Of a stretch of DNA of 64,000 bases, positions 12,290 to 26,055 are shown one piece after another. The stretch's first letter is position 1; each line of letters opens with the position of its first letter. Origin of the DNA: Botryllus schlosseri (lineage: Eukaryota); the NCBI GenBank assembly GCA_051294905.1, contig CM119371.1, positions 28,336,001 to 28,400,000 on the forward strand, read 5' to 3'. Both the position numbers and the translations under genes were made by a program. Below the pieces are notes generated by a model, which was not told the DNA's origin, searched no databases, and saw only the letters and a program-made list of their open reading frames with translations.

Positions 12290-14371
12290 CAGACATGGAA
12301 TGATTACTTCATGAATGTGATCGATTGCGATTACGATTACTACTGAATCGTGCGTTTACGATTAAGATTCCGATTCTGATTATAGCAAAATCCAGCAAGT
12401 AATCGATTGCGATTACGATTACATTGGAAAAGTAATCACGATTACTGACGATTGCATTTATTTTGCTTCTTATAACTAATCTTAGAGGATTTGTAGACTA
12501 TATAAGGATTGCGATGAAGATGTGTAATGACTTAATAAGATAACAACTTTCTTTAGAGATAATGCGTCATTTGCTTGTTACGTCATAATGTACCCGATCC
12601 TCAACTTTATGGGGGATGATTTATCGCACCCACCTATTTGCATTATTGAAAGGTGCGTAACTGCCGCGCCCTAAACACCCAAATAGGGTGGGGAGCGAGT
12701 TCGAAGGGGACTCAAAAGTATTTTGTAAATCAACATAAATTATAGGGTACTTTCGAAAGATTTAATTAACTTTAAAATTTTCTTGGAGCTTCACGATTTG
12801 ATACCTCTAGATAATTTGATTTTGAAATACATACCTCTCCCTCAAGGAAAAAGGCATGCCTAGTTTATAGGAATAGGCATTTCGGCGCCGGCATTACCGC
12901 ACCACAACACACCAAAAGATATATGCAGTTTCGGCCATCATGCGACTCCACAAAGTGTGCTACCAATGGAAGACCTAGGCCGAAACTTTGGGTATGTGCC
13001 CATTGTCAATAGCCGTGCTGGATGGGCGTGACGAATAGTCGTGTGCTTCCAATCTTATCCCAACAATACAAATGCGACCGGGGTCACCCACGGAGGAATG
13101 AAGACGTGACAATTTGTGTGTAGGTCTCACGAAAGTTTTAGTCTGCTACATCTGCGTGACTACAATATCTTTTGACCATATAACAGACGGGAGGTCACGA
13201 ATGAACAACATACAATAAAGTAATTATAACAGCATATCAGATGTTCTAATTGTGAATTATACGTGCCCTCAGCTCTACAGGTAAATTTAACCATCGGGGT
13301 TGAGAGAGGATTAACACGAATAGTAATAAAATGCAATTACCAATATTCGGACGAAATTTAGTTATCAACCGGACCATTGACCACCCTCTGGGCCCAAGAC
13401 CAACGTTTGGAGTGGAGACGAAGTGATGTTTTGGTCCTGATTCTAGCTACAACCCAAGCTAACACTGTGTATAAGCGGATGGCTATGGCGGCAGTTCCAA
13501 ATGTTGGGTAAAGAATTGCGAAATAGCGGTTGGCGGTTTGACGCCCGTTTCAAGTAGCCTCATATGAGAAAAAGATGGGGCGAACATAAAATTCTGCCCT
13601 CCACTTAATACAGATACTACAAGCAGCCGCTACGAGAAACGGCAAACAACGGCTCGGTTATGATATATATCAGCAGCTGTTGGTTTCTAATGCTTCATTG
13701 CGGAAATCGTAATGTTTCTTTCATTTGACTACAGTACAAAATATCAAATCTTTGTCCGGTGTACGTACGTAGGCTACATAGGTTTACTGCCCGCCAAGCA
13801 ACAACTGTCAAACTGCGTTAAACCAAGCATAACCAAACATCAATACATATGATATTATTTACAGTTGAATAGTTCTATCTATATGAATATACCATTTAAT
13901 TGCATATTGAAGTCATGTGCCTCCAAGAAGCCCTTCAAGGTACTATTTTAAACTAGGCAGAGTGAGGATTATTATCCTGCTGCGAGGTAGTGGCGTCTCG
14001 AGTGTATTCATAACCTGATATACAACATGACAGGTGTTCTTACAATCACACTGCAATGTACTGTACATGGAATATCCATTTCCCTTGTGTGGATAGTTCT
14101 TACGCAGTGACAAGCTAAGCTAACATTCCGACGTAATAATGAGCTGTGGCGTCTGAAAATCAAACGTTCCTGCTATCAATAAACCTGGCATAATATCTGT
14201 TTCTTGTTCACGAATGTTCAGTTTATGTCACAGTAGAAATAAATCGTTTTGTCACAAAGAAATCGATCAGATATGTGAAGTAGTCGATTACGATTACTTC
14301 GGAAATGTAATTGAAAATGCTGTAATCGCCCTAATAGATTACGATTACTAATCGCGATTACCCCATGTCTG
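12290..14371. mobile_element. hAT non-autonomous element, GATTAC-repeat family, copy 2
   Basis: Colinear with 9103-10962 in the same orientation; termini CAGACATGG...CCATGTCTG; TSD aatagaaa/aatagaag (7 of 8 match). Confidence 0.88.
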
Positions 14372-17300
14372 AATAGAAGTAACGCCGTAAATTTTTATTC
14401 CAATACTAGTACAGGTAGCAATCACCAATGCATGCCAAAACTACGTGAAATGCCTGAAAGTACTGAAGCATATACTTTTTAAAATCAGCTTTGGTCGGGG
14501 TGTCGCATACTTTTAGTAGTAGCCTGAGTCGGAGATGTGCTCATCTTTAAATTCCAAGATACATCTTCGCGACAGCGCAAAATTGCTGATGACTCCACAA
14601 CTTTATGAAAAGACATATTGTGCTGACATGTCCTGGGTTCAGCCCGGCGTCATGACAGTGGAATTTTTGTTGTTTTTCAGCTCGAGTACGTGATAGAGAT
14701 GCCTGGTGGTTGCTGGACGCGAACTATTTCTGAGAATGCACATTATCTTCATCGTCCCTACACGTTGGAAAAAGATTTTCATTTTCAAATCGTGAAAGAA
14801 CTCACTCAACATGTTGCTAAAACTTCTTCAACATCAATAAGAAGACTCAACAAACTTATTTCGATTTTGAATATGAATCATGTCATGGGTCAAATTATTA
14901 TGCGTGATGAAATGTTATAATTGTGGCTATCTCACGTACGTTGAGCACTTGATTCATTTTCCAATATGAACAATATTAAAATTTCATTCATTTCTATATA
15001 GCCTATGCATAATAATGGCTGTTATCAATGATTTTGAAGAGTGACTTTGTAGCAATTGCATTCAAATTATTATTGCTGTGATATACTAATAGTAACGGTC
15101 TTCAACCCAAACTTTGCGTGAGAAAGTTTGTAGTACCAAATGCATGTTTTATCGTGTGCGATGTATTGTAGCCATAGTAGATTGAAATAGGCTTAGCAGA
15201 TTAGACGATAGTTGATGTGTTTAATAATATCTGTTAACAGTGCATGATTTTAGTCGAAGTTTCTGTACCAAAGTAAGATTAAAAGCTCATGAAATATGTC
15301 ATTGTAATGTAGCGCACAGCCTGGAATATCGCTGCATAACTTTAGACCACGGGTTCTCAGCCCTTACTTAGCCGTTCCCCATTTTCCAGTTTGAAAATGT
15401 GCACAGACTCACCACTTATCTAAGAGTCATAATGCTGTTCAATGCGTGGTAATCGACAGCACCGAAATCCCTATTTGTCTAAGATATGCGCATTTTTCTC
15501 TTAATTCACTGATGATCTTTAAATCTAGACCTCTGGGGACACGAAATCGCGCGAAGTGCGACGAAAATATTCGAGTTGAATAAATATCCTCCCAACGAAC
15601 GACCAACGAAATAATTGTGGGCCCCTTCGAGTTCCTGCAATCGAGGATTTGGGTGCGGTAGTTATGACCCTAGCAAATCATAGGCTAAAACTCCTGCGTA
15701 TATTATGATCATCCACTGTATGATTGGGGTTTTAGTTCCACTATTGTGGGGAATAACATAATCATCTGCGTCAGATTCAAACAATTCATTAATGAATAGG
15801 TAGGCTACTAGTTCTACGGAGAAATGGAGAAATAATTTTTTTTATATGCGCGCTGTATACAATACAGCACGATATAGATTTTATGTTCCTGGGAGTAGAA
15901 GTATAGCTAACCAAAGTATAACAGGTTTAGCTGGCTGACTACCTAACCTGGAATCCTGTATCCCGGTGAGATCTTCTTAAGTCGCAGATATTACACAAGT
16001 CATACGAATATATTTCAGACGTTGATAACAGTAGGTTTAGCAAAAGAGTCGTCTCGAGTCAGCTAAACATGCACTTATATAGACTCATGTTCATTGCAAT
16101 AGGAAGTCATTTTCGTGCCCAAATATGGCCTGAAATACACAACGTTGTATATTATCATATATTCCCGCAATCAGGTGCATCACATCTGTATCCGCTTTAT
16201 CACAGCTGTATTACAGCTGTATCAGCGATATGAGTTGCCACAGCTTAGCAGCAGTTGCTTTTGATCGAATGAAAGCCAGATCGAATGAGATCTGCTTGCG
16301 CTTGCGGTTAGTAGGTTTGGAGGTTGTCTATTGTCATATAATCCCGCAGTACCAAATCAACTGAAGTTGCGATGTCATGATATTCGATCCTATGATACAA
16401 TCAATTCATGTGACTCTTAAATTATGTTCAATGATTTCCAGGCCGGACATTTCAAACCGACTCCGATATTTAATGCCCTCTGCTAACTCATCAATCCACT
16501 ACAATTCGCTGCGGTTGTGCAATATACCTTCACCAGAAGTTGCTAATAATTTTTAATTATGGCTATTTTTGTCTTACAATAATACGACCGGCCGAAGTAC
16601 AGAGAATCTATTCATCAATAACACTTTATTCCGAGTTTATTACACACCTCTTTCAATGGCATACGACATATGACCCTGCCGGAATACTCGGTTACTTCAG
16701 CAGTACCTTCCAGTAATTATATACTCGAAATTATTTTAGTTGCTGTTGGCCGTAGGTTGTCATATCCAGTGCAAAAATCCTCCGTTTGTGCCCCCGTTTG
16801 AGACTTGTACATGCTGACTCCATACGTGCCACTACTGCTTTTCGAGACTTCGAGTCCCTCCGACAACTTTGGTCTCTGAGGCAAAATCCCTCCGACTCCG
16901 AAGAGCTCAATCCCAGACTCCGAGATAGCCCGAAGAATCTTGTCAAGTCTCCGAAACATCCATATCGGTAGAGGTAGTTATGCAAAAACTTTGTCGAAGA
17001 ATCCCAATGTACAGCACCGCTGAGAATAGTTCTGCACTATAATATCACTAGTATCTCTGAAACTAAAAAATGAATCGAAAATTGTACTGGCACGCATAGG
17101 AAGGAACTAGCAAGGGTAACACGGAGAGAGAGCACTGTTAACTTGAATCAGTGTAGATCAGTGGTTCCCAACCTTTTTCGACTCATCGCCCCCCAAATAT
17201 TGGGAACAGAAAAATGGGCATACAGACTGATCTCACCGGCGAGTTGACTAAGAAAAAAGGTCAACTTTACGGCTCGACCTCGAAATTACACTTTTCCAGC

Positions 17301-17937
17301 TAAATTTTGGTGAGTTGACTATTAAAAAAAGGTGATTTCTCCGACTTGATTCCAAAAGGACCGTAACAGCACTTCGTCAGCCCCCCCCCAATACGTTGGT
17401 CTTGAGCCCCCTCTCCAAAGGGCGATAAGCAAACTTATGCACCCCGCAGACCCAACTCCCCCGATACCTCTTTACCGCTACTTCTCAGCACAAATTCTTG
17501 GACTCTTTAGTTAGTCGCCTTAATTCGCGCCAAGCGCGAAAATTTCTATCATTCATGCTTGAATCGGTCAATATGATCGGGAATTGCATATATATTGCTG
17601 TCAATTTTTTATCCCCTCTCTGCTCATGGATTCAGATTTACCGGTAAAGCTGAGTGGTGTCTTGGAAAATGTAGGGCCCGTAAATAATAATTGAACATAT
17701 TCGGGCGGACCCGTGGGTATAATGACTTCGTTACGTAATGACATTTCGTGGCCCGTCTGCTATGACAAAAGATATTCAAATCGCCCATACGTACTAGACT
17801 AAAAGCTGCACACGATTTCAAATTAGTATTTCTGCACTGGCAATTAATTTTTCTCTGCGAGATGGCATTATCTTTGTGAGGATTCTGATAGCCAGGACAG
17901 AAACATTGGGCGCCAGATGTTTAGATATGATATATAG

Positions 17938-18326
17938 TAGGGTTACCATACGTCCTCCTTTAGAAGGATTTGTCCTCCTTTTTCGGGTTTTTGAAAATGT
18001 CCTCCGAGGACCCCTAAATGTCCTCCTTTTTGAGATTTGGTCCTTGTTTTGAGGAATTTTGGTCAAGCCCATAGCAAAATTCGACTGAGATTCTCGCAAT
18101 TTAGCACTGAAGTGACGCTCCGACGGGTATTTCGGGTGCGGAGTGGAAAAGTGACCTTTGTTTTTCTTAGTCAACAACATGATAAAGTGAAAGAGAAATC
18201 AGTATTTTGGGCGCTGAACGGGTTAGTTGATCATTTTTTTAGTCAACCAACTGCGAAGTGACAAATTTTTTTCAACTTTTCAGGATTTTCCACCGGTATT
18301 CTAAGTTTAAAAATATGGTAACCCTG
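17938..18326. mobile_element. hAT MITE
   Basis: TIR TAGGGTTACCATA...TATGGTAACCCTG; perfect TSD ATATATAG (17930-17937, 18327-18334). Confidence 0.88.
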
Positions 18327-18913
18327 ATATATAGACCACATCAGTAACATTATTGTCACTATGTCGGCACATTTAGATCTTCAATACGTGGTTTGAATTT
18401 TGAGAGAGGACAGTGTAATTCTCTTCCAACTCTCAGCCTATTCCTGGCTTCAGTATTTCGTGGCAGCTAGTTTAGAGAATACATCTTTGCCACGGTACAT
18501 CGAATCAAGCTTAATTATAAGAATCCGGAACGCCTGTGTGGAGTCACGAGGGTAGAGATGATCGTACTCTGCCAAGCTGAGCTGCCTAACAAAGTGACCC
18601 TAATGTTATTCGTACGCTAGCTCAATCAGTAATCGTGAAGGCAAATTAGCATGTTATGTGATCACATAACTTCCGTATGCCAAATATAATTTTGGAAGCT
18701 CGATGAGCGGGTTGATGGTCTTATATAGCCCTCAGACAGAACAAAAGTTGCCGATCATCAATGAGCACTATTATCACGAATCAAACTTTCTTCTGATCTT
18801 CTCTACGATTTTAAGTGACAGACACATTCGTTGCCAGGTTTGCTGGATGGAAAATGCTGAAGATGTTACGTTGGTAGGGGAAACGGTTTTGTATTGTTCT
18901 ATCGACTGTATAG

Positions 18914-19624
18914 CAGGGCTGGCCAACCTTTTCAGCCAAAGGGCCACATTCGATTGACGAACTTTTGCGCGGGTCACCATCCGCGCGAAGCGCGAAAATT
19001 TTTAATGGTTCATAGGTCAATAATATTGTCACTTGACTATGTTGCGGACCTGCTGTATATCGTTGATATAAGTTTGCGAGGGCTGGGCTATTCGGCGCAT
19101 GGACATATCGATATCGAAAGCTGCGACCAACATGCGTTAATCATTTCGTGCCTAGGTTTCATAGTCGACGATCTTACTGCGAGCGCAAACGCAAGGTCGC
19201 ATATGTTGAACGACACTTTGTCTCGTAATCGCGAATATAGTTAGACTCAATCTGATACATTGGGTGTTCTTCAATTTTCACAAAAGGGCAACAATTTTAA
19301 AAACAAGAAATCGAGTGACAACATATTGCGCTAAGCTTGTAGAAATTTTTTACCTTTGATAAATCGATCGCAAATTATTCTGCTGTATTGTAGTGTATGA
19401 AGATATAGGCTACCAATATGTGAATGGTTGATGGATCTGTCAATGAGTCGAAACTGATATTTTATTCATCACATCTCAAGTGTTGCGCCCAGATTAATAA
19501 AATTTTTGGTTGGCCTTGCAAGTTCACAATCTGTGCGATCCATTTTTGATGATATTAGAAATTTCGGAAATTACCTCGTGGGCCACTCTAAACCATCTCG
19601 CGGGCCACGGGTTGGCCGGCCCTG
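18914..19624. mobile_element. hAT (Charlie-like) MITE
   Basis: TIR CAGGGCTGGCCAACC...GGTTGGCCGGCCCTG; perfect TSD CTGTATAG (18906-18913, 19625-19632). Confidence 0.88.
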
Positions 19625-21091
19625 CTGTATAGTGTATATGTCAGCACGCGAATGAGAGAGAGGCTACACCGCGAACGGTGTGATACACAAGTAAAACCTG
19701 CGCTATGGCTTTATTCCAATAGATCATGCAAGACGTGATTTCGAAGAATCATACACCAGTACGGATTTGGATATGGCGGCACATGACATGTTTACAGGGT
19801 TTAACTTCCTAAGACAGTGTAATCCTGAATTCTCATATCCTTTCCATTAGGTACAACGTCGCCATATAGTCAACAACACATCAAGCTGTTGGCTATATAT
19901 GAAATTTATCAGGCGTTGACAGGTCTAAAGTGTAATAGTGTAGTGAGTGTTTCGATAATATGACCATGATGCACAGGACAGTATAGTAGTTATATTGTCA
20001 CTACTGAAGCTGATGCGGTATCATCCATGTCGAGTTGAAATTTTAAAGTCGAGGTCGGGAAGTTGACTTCCACACGGTATGATCCATACTGATGGTGGAG
20101 TCTAGAGTCATTTTGGTCAAGAACTTTAAAATCACAATAACGATATGCATATAATTAGCAAAATGCGCTCATATTAATCACAGATATGTATCAGCTCGCC
20201 ACATATATAGGCTACATCGACTATAGTCGATTGAATGGAAAAAAATATTACGGCGAAGTCGATGGTGTTACTGGTTATGACCGTGAATTGAAATAGTTAG
20301 CGAAACAATTGCTCTCTGTGGTGTAACTCCTGTGTGATAGTCATGTTCCAACTTCGTGTAATTTGTTACGTTTCAACTTTGACTGCCTTGCTTTTCGGAC
20401 GAACGATATTTATTACTCATGCGCCAACTGATTATTTTCTAAAATTTAGCATCGGCCAAACTCTATTCTTTCTACTATTATTGCTTGTGATCGCGAAATA
20501 TGTCTGCGAGTACGTTTACATTTTCAAAAATCCAACAGGGCTTCGGTTTGCTTCGACTATAGTTGCCTAATTACGTGCTCAAGTATATAGACTATCTTCA
20601 GTTTCACGTGAACTGTTTTAAAAGAATAATCATTATGTTTTGACTTGTAAAGGCTTTCAGGTAGGAAATTGGATTGAAGTATATCCGCAGCATCGTGACG
20701 ATGGGAACTAGGTAACAAAACAATTATGCGATACAGACTTGGAATGATCGCAAAAATTATTTCATTTACTTCTCATATCTCTATTTGCTACTTCTATTAT
20801 AGATAGTTTTCACATGCTCCAAAAATCACTACTTGTACTTGCAATGCAAATTGACGGTATTGCAGTTCTACAGTAGTGTACTAGCAATAAATACTTTGAC
20901 TATACCTCTGGCTGTGTTAAATCGAATAATCATCTTCTGTGATTCGAAAAACTGTTTTTTTATGCTGTAATCTTTTAAAAATGTTAGCACACGACAATAA
21001 ACCAAACACTCTTGATATTTATTGAACGGCTGATACATCGCATTGTATGCACTTACCAGCTTAAGTCACATACGTTTTCGTCTAGTAAGAA

Positions 21092-21718
21092 ATGGCGCCT
21101 TTCCAGCGTCGTAACGGCTCCAATGATAATATTTGCGAGGTGTGCGGAAAAAGCTTTATCCTCAAATGTAATCTGACAAGACACATGAAAATTCATGCTG
21201 CGTCGAAGGATTTCGAGTGCGACATATGCGGTAAAAGCTTTTTGCAAAGGCATTACCTTAGCACTCATCTTTCGAGCCACGCAGGAAATAAGGATTATAA
21301 TTGCGACATATGCCAGAGATCATTCAACACAAACTGCAACTTGAGAAATCACGTGAAAATCCACGCTGGGGTAAAAGATTTTGAGTGCGAATTCTGCGGC
21401 AAAGCATTTCGCACAAAGTCGAACCTTAAAGGACACATCAAGATGACTCACTCGAAAACCAGAGAATATGTGTGCGATATATGCGAGAAAACATTTGTAC
21501 AAGAGTCTCACCTAAAGTGTCACTATTCCGTCCACATGCAAAGGGAATACCATTGTGAAGTATGTGGGAAAATATTCAATAACATATCCAACTCGAGAAG
21601 ACACAGCAAGATTCACTCGGGAGTAAAAGAGCATGAGTGCGCAATATGCGAAAGAGCATTTAGTGAAAAGAGTTCTCTTCTGCGTCACTTACGAATCCAC
21701 GGAAGCGACGGGAAGTAA
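21092..21718 (+). CDS. Tandem C2H2 zinc-finger protein, 7 fingers (208 aa)
   Basis: ATG-initiated ORF with 7 CxxC-x12-Hx3-4H units; AATAAA at about 21919 downstream; paralogous to 59620-61002. Upstream exons cannot be excluded. Confidence 0.85.
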   Translation: MAPFQRRNGSNDNICEVCGKSFILKCNLTRHMKIHAASKDFECDICGKSFLQRHYLSTHLSSHAGNKDYNCDICQRSFNTNCNLRNHVKIHAGVKDFECEFCGKAFRTKSNLKGHIKMTHSKTREYVCDICEKTFVQESHLKCHYSVHMQREYHCEVCGKIFNNISNSRRHSKIHSGVKEHECAICERAFSEKSSLLRHLRIHGSDGK

Positions 21719-23028
21719 GGATGCGAGAATCCGTGGAACAATTCGGAGGCGGGTTGTCGTGGATGAAGTAAAAATCATCATCGCTACCATTAAAATCGTC
21801 CGCTACGTCCGTGGAAACGTTTTGATAAGTAGAAGGGATAATCTATGGCATCTTGGTAACAATGAATTGGTCTGGTGGGGTATTGACATCGGCTGCAGCA
21901 ACGATTAAATATGAGACCAATAAACATTAATATAGCGTAGGGTAGGGCGATTTATGAGTAAGTAGACGTTTCGTGCAACCGTTTTAAACTAGTCTAGGAG
22001 ACCCGGACAATGGAATTGGTCTCATTTAGACAATACCGAAGTCGAAATCTCGGTGGAATGTAACATCCCTGTTTGCGACGGAAGATCGATTTTCTTATCA
22101 AATATACATTGACGATTACATGATATCTTAAAGAACAAGGGTACTTTACGCATAGGTCTTGCTAATAGTCCTTGAGCGTCTGCTTTAAGGATTATCGACG
22201 TGCTCTTCATCACATGGTGCTTCATACTGTAGCGTACTGCTCGCCTGAATCGGCTTATTGCTTGATTTGATTGCCTGTACTCTTTGTTGTGTTACCGCTT
22301 GCAGTTTGCGGACCGTTTTCATCAGCCCACTGTCATGATTCGTGCTGCAAGCATCGCAGCGGTTTTTCAATTGTTTTAATATAACTGATACGCAACTGTC
22401 TTAGCTTGATCAATGCGGAACAGGGGACCGAAGAAAACGAGCCGTCGAACATCTCGCTATGCTACTTGTAGGCAGTTCTTACTCTTTGTTATCCAAGCTA
22501 TACTTCAGAACAAATCCGCGAGCGGCATACCGCTCATTACCTCGTTTCCTGCGGCTCTGCATTCAAACGGTGTTTTTGTTCAGCGTGGAAGCTTTTTAAC
22601 TCTAAGCAGCGATTAAACTATAGGACACTATGATTAAACATTGTCTCTTCACTACCAATATCATATAGACCCTGATAACTATTGGAATAGCTAACCTTTC
22701 AGTCGCAACTACAATGTAAGCCGCAGCGTGCATATAGAGCAGTATTTATTCAGTATCAACTGCTCACATTTTGTGTAGCATGCGAACGACGAACATACTT
22801 GTGTGCGACCTGCTGCTCTCTGGTCGGAAATTGATCTGACAATAGTGAACTGATGAGAAACTGACCGCTGTGTTAGAGATTAGGCGATTGATATTACTGC
22901 TCCGGGTTGTAATGGCTCGAGTCATGACCTGACTCGAACAAAGGCTGGTTGTTCGACTGCTAATTTCAAGCCGTCCCAGTGCTAGTCGTATTAGTAACGA
23001 GGGTTGATAATTATACTAATGAAATAGG

Positions 23029-25834
23029 CATAGGTGTATGGGAGCAAAAACTTTTAGGGATGCGAAAATATTTTTTTCGCCCAAATAGACAATGAATCAC
23101 AAAAGCAGTTATAATGCATTTGTTTGTTTCGATGTCGCACTGGGAACAACTTTTCACATATTCAGGATATTCAGGGCTGAAATACACTGAAAGCAAATGA
23201 CTGATACACACACACACACTGATACAGAGTCCAAGATTACTCTAGGCTTCCCAATTTCTGGGTAGTGTTGGCAATTCAAAAAAAGTATTTGTTTCTGCCA
23301 TGGCGAATACCAAACACATCTATGATATCCTCAATATCAATATTATTTGTCATGTCTCTTTCAAGGTATAATACCGCCATGTTAGTAAGACGTGGCTGCC
23401 CCATAGTGGATCTCAGATCGGTCTTGAGCCTTCTCAACCCTGAAAAAGACCTTTCAGCAGTGCAAGATGTCGCAGGAATAGTGGCAAAAATCTGTGCGGC
23501 CCTCGAGAAATAGGGAAGGGTTTTTCCAATGCCAGTAGACACAAGAAGTTCCGTACATTCTCCAGCACTTTTGATCATACCTTGCGGATTTAAGTTTTGG
23601 AACAGAATACACTCAGATTCCAACAATTCCTGATCTATGGAATAAAAGGCTGATATTTTTTTGTAGTCATCCATAGTTCCTTTCCCTTGTACCATTTCTG
23701 CTAGCGACAGAAGAACTTTCGACGTGTTGTTGGCAAACCGTTCAGATAGCTCAGCAGAGATTCTATCAATCGCGTCGAAGTACACTTCATAGCACATCCT
23801 TTCCTCATCAGAAAACCCCCTAGTTGCGTCCCTCTCACCATCCTCACCAACCAGTGCTTGGAACCTTTTAGATGGCCACTGCTGTCTCTGGTGTACAGTC
23901 ACCTCGATGTCAACATCCTGGCGTTTCAGATGTTCAACAGATTTACAGATTCCATGAAATGCCGTTTTAGTCCTTGCATTACGCAAGCATGAAATGGTTG
24001 CTGTTGCCAGTTGTTGTGAAATTCCTACATCAATTTCTGTCCCTTGAAGATGGGTGGAAAGGCTGTCAGTAAATTTGAAAATCCAATTCAAAATTTTAAG
24101 TCCCAAAAGGAATTGGAAATTGCAGACAGCCTTGAGTAGACCAGCAGCATCAACACATGTTTTCGAATCTTTTTCATTTGAGCAAGCTTTTAGTGCCAAT
24201 ATTATTCGGCAGGTTTGAATGTCTATAGACTTCACCGCTTTATAACGACATACCCAGCGTGTCACACAAATTCCTTTCAGTTTGACATATTTGCCAAATT
24301 TCTCTTCATCAGAAAAACTACGTAGAATAGTTTCCCTTTTTGGTGTGTGAAAAAAAATTATGCAACGACTGTATCAAACCAAGGGCATTTCTCAAAATGG
24401 CATTTGCTTCCAGAGTATCCTGAAGGGCCAAGTTCAAACGATGAGCATGACAATGTACATATACTGCCTGTGGTACAATTTTCTGTATTCTGGTTGCCAT
24501 ACCTTTGTGTTTTCCACTCATGTTAGAAGCCCCATCATAGCACTGTCCAACCAAATTCTCAATGTCCAATCCCAAATCTTCAAAAACTTTTTTTACAAGA
24601 AGAAACAAAGTTTCGCCTTCAGTGTTTTTTGGATTATAAAAACCAATGAAACTTTCCTTGATTTGACCTTGCATCAGATGACGTATACAAAGCGACAATT
24701 GTTCATCATTACTAACATCAGTCGTCTCGTCAACTATGAGACTGAAAATCCCAGCTTGAGCAATGTTTGTACAAATTGCTTTCTGTACTTGAGTAGCTGC
24801 TATATCGACGATTTCATTTTGGATAATTGGGGATGTCCACTGTTTATGTAGTGCTAACGAATGCTCCAGTCTTGACGCTAGCCATGGAATGTCTTTACAC
24901 CTGAAATTGAGGAGCTCCAGAAAATTACCACGGTTGCTATCTGATTTTTCATCAATGTGGAGTCGGTTTTCAGTATAATTACGTAGGGCAATATTTTGCT
25001 GCACAGTGAAAAGTAAACATTCTATTATCACTTTCAAGTAGCGCCTGTTTTGCATTACCTCTTCTTGGTGGCATGCACGCATTTTTGTCAAAATCGAAGA
25101 TTTTTTGTAGCAATTGATTTTGAGATTAACCCATTTTTCCATTGCTGTAAGATGAGACTTACACTTTGCATGAATAGTCAACTTATGAGGCATCCTATAT
25201 TGTAGATACTTGAATGCCTCCTTCGATTTGTTAAATTTCATGCATGGAAAGCATTCTATAGTCTTGTCCTTCTCGTTGAATGTTAGCCAGGGGTGAGTTT
25301 TAAAAAGCTTCGGATTGAAATCTCTTGGTCTTTTCTCATCATCATACTTCTTCGGATTGTACCGTTGTAGAATTGGTTGGTGAGGTTCAATGTTATAATT
25401 CGCAGATGTTTGCAAATCACTACTAGATCTAAGATCGACATTTGACATTGCAATGGTTTTGTAATTTGGAACAGATGACGAAGCATCATCACAGGTGTTT
25501 CTGGCACTGAAGGACAAGACACTGCCACAGTAGGGATATCAAGTTCAGGAGAGCAGGAGTTTACATGTGCACTGTCGATTGGCACCAGTACTGACTGCTG
25601 AGACTGTTCAACTTCAATGGGCCGAGCAATGGGTTTGAAAGTTAGCTTGCTTTGTTTAAGATGATCTTCCACATTAAACTCAATTGAACAATCGCCCCCA
25701 TGAGCAGCCGTTATGTGATCTTCTTTGGAAGACGAAGATATGGATCGACGACAGCTTTTGCATATCAGTCTTGTCCGAGAACTTCTCTTTCGGCTCTTTT
25801 CCAATACTACGCATACTACTCCCATACACCTATG
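23029..25834 (-). mobile_element. hAT DNA transposon (2806 bp) with frameshifted transposase
   Basis: 16-bp TIR CATAGGTGTATGGGAG / CTCCCATACACCTATG; perfect 8-bp TSD GAAATAGG (23021-23028, 25835-25842). Confidence 0.92.
23276..25825 (-). pseudogene. hAT transposase (ZMYM1-like: TTF-type Zn finger, DUF4371-like core, C-terminal dimerisation domain), two frameshifts
   Basis: Motifs CFPC, NRGNFLELL, FSLIVDETTDVSNDEQL, GQCYDGASNMSG, VHCHAHRLNL, TRW and IPATSCTAERSFSGLRRLKT. Split over three frames, with shifts near 25500 and 24340. Confidence 0.9.
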
Positions 25835-26055
25835 GAAATAGGCCCGCGGATAATCCAATAATACATTAGAATTAGAATGTTCACATGGCTCGGAAAAATT
25901 AATAAATTACGATAGATCATGATGAATCTTACGAGTTATATCTTCGCTTCATGGAGACACGGACAATAACCGATAAACCATTTGTGTAACATTGCCGACA
26001 CGCCCTAGGGCAAGCGCAGAATCTAGGTCGGTGGTATTTGGATTAGTCTATTTCA

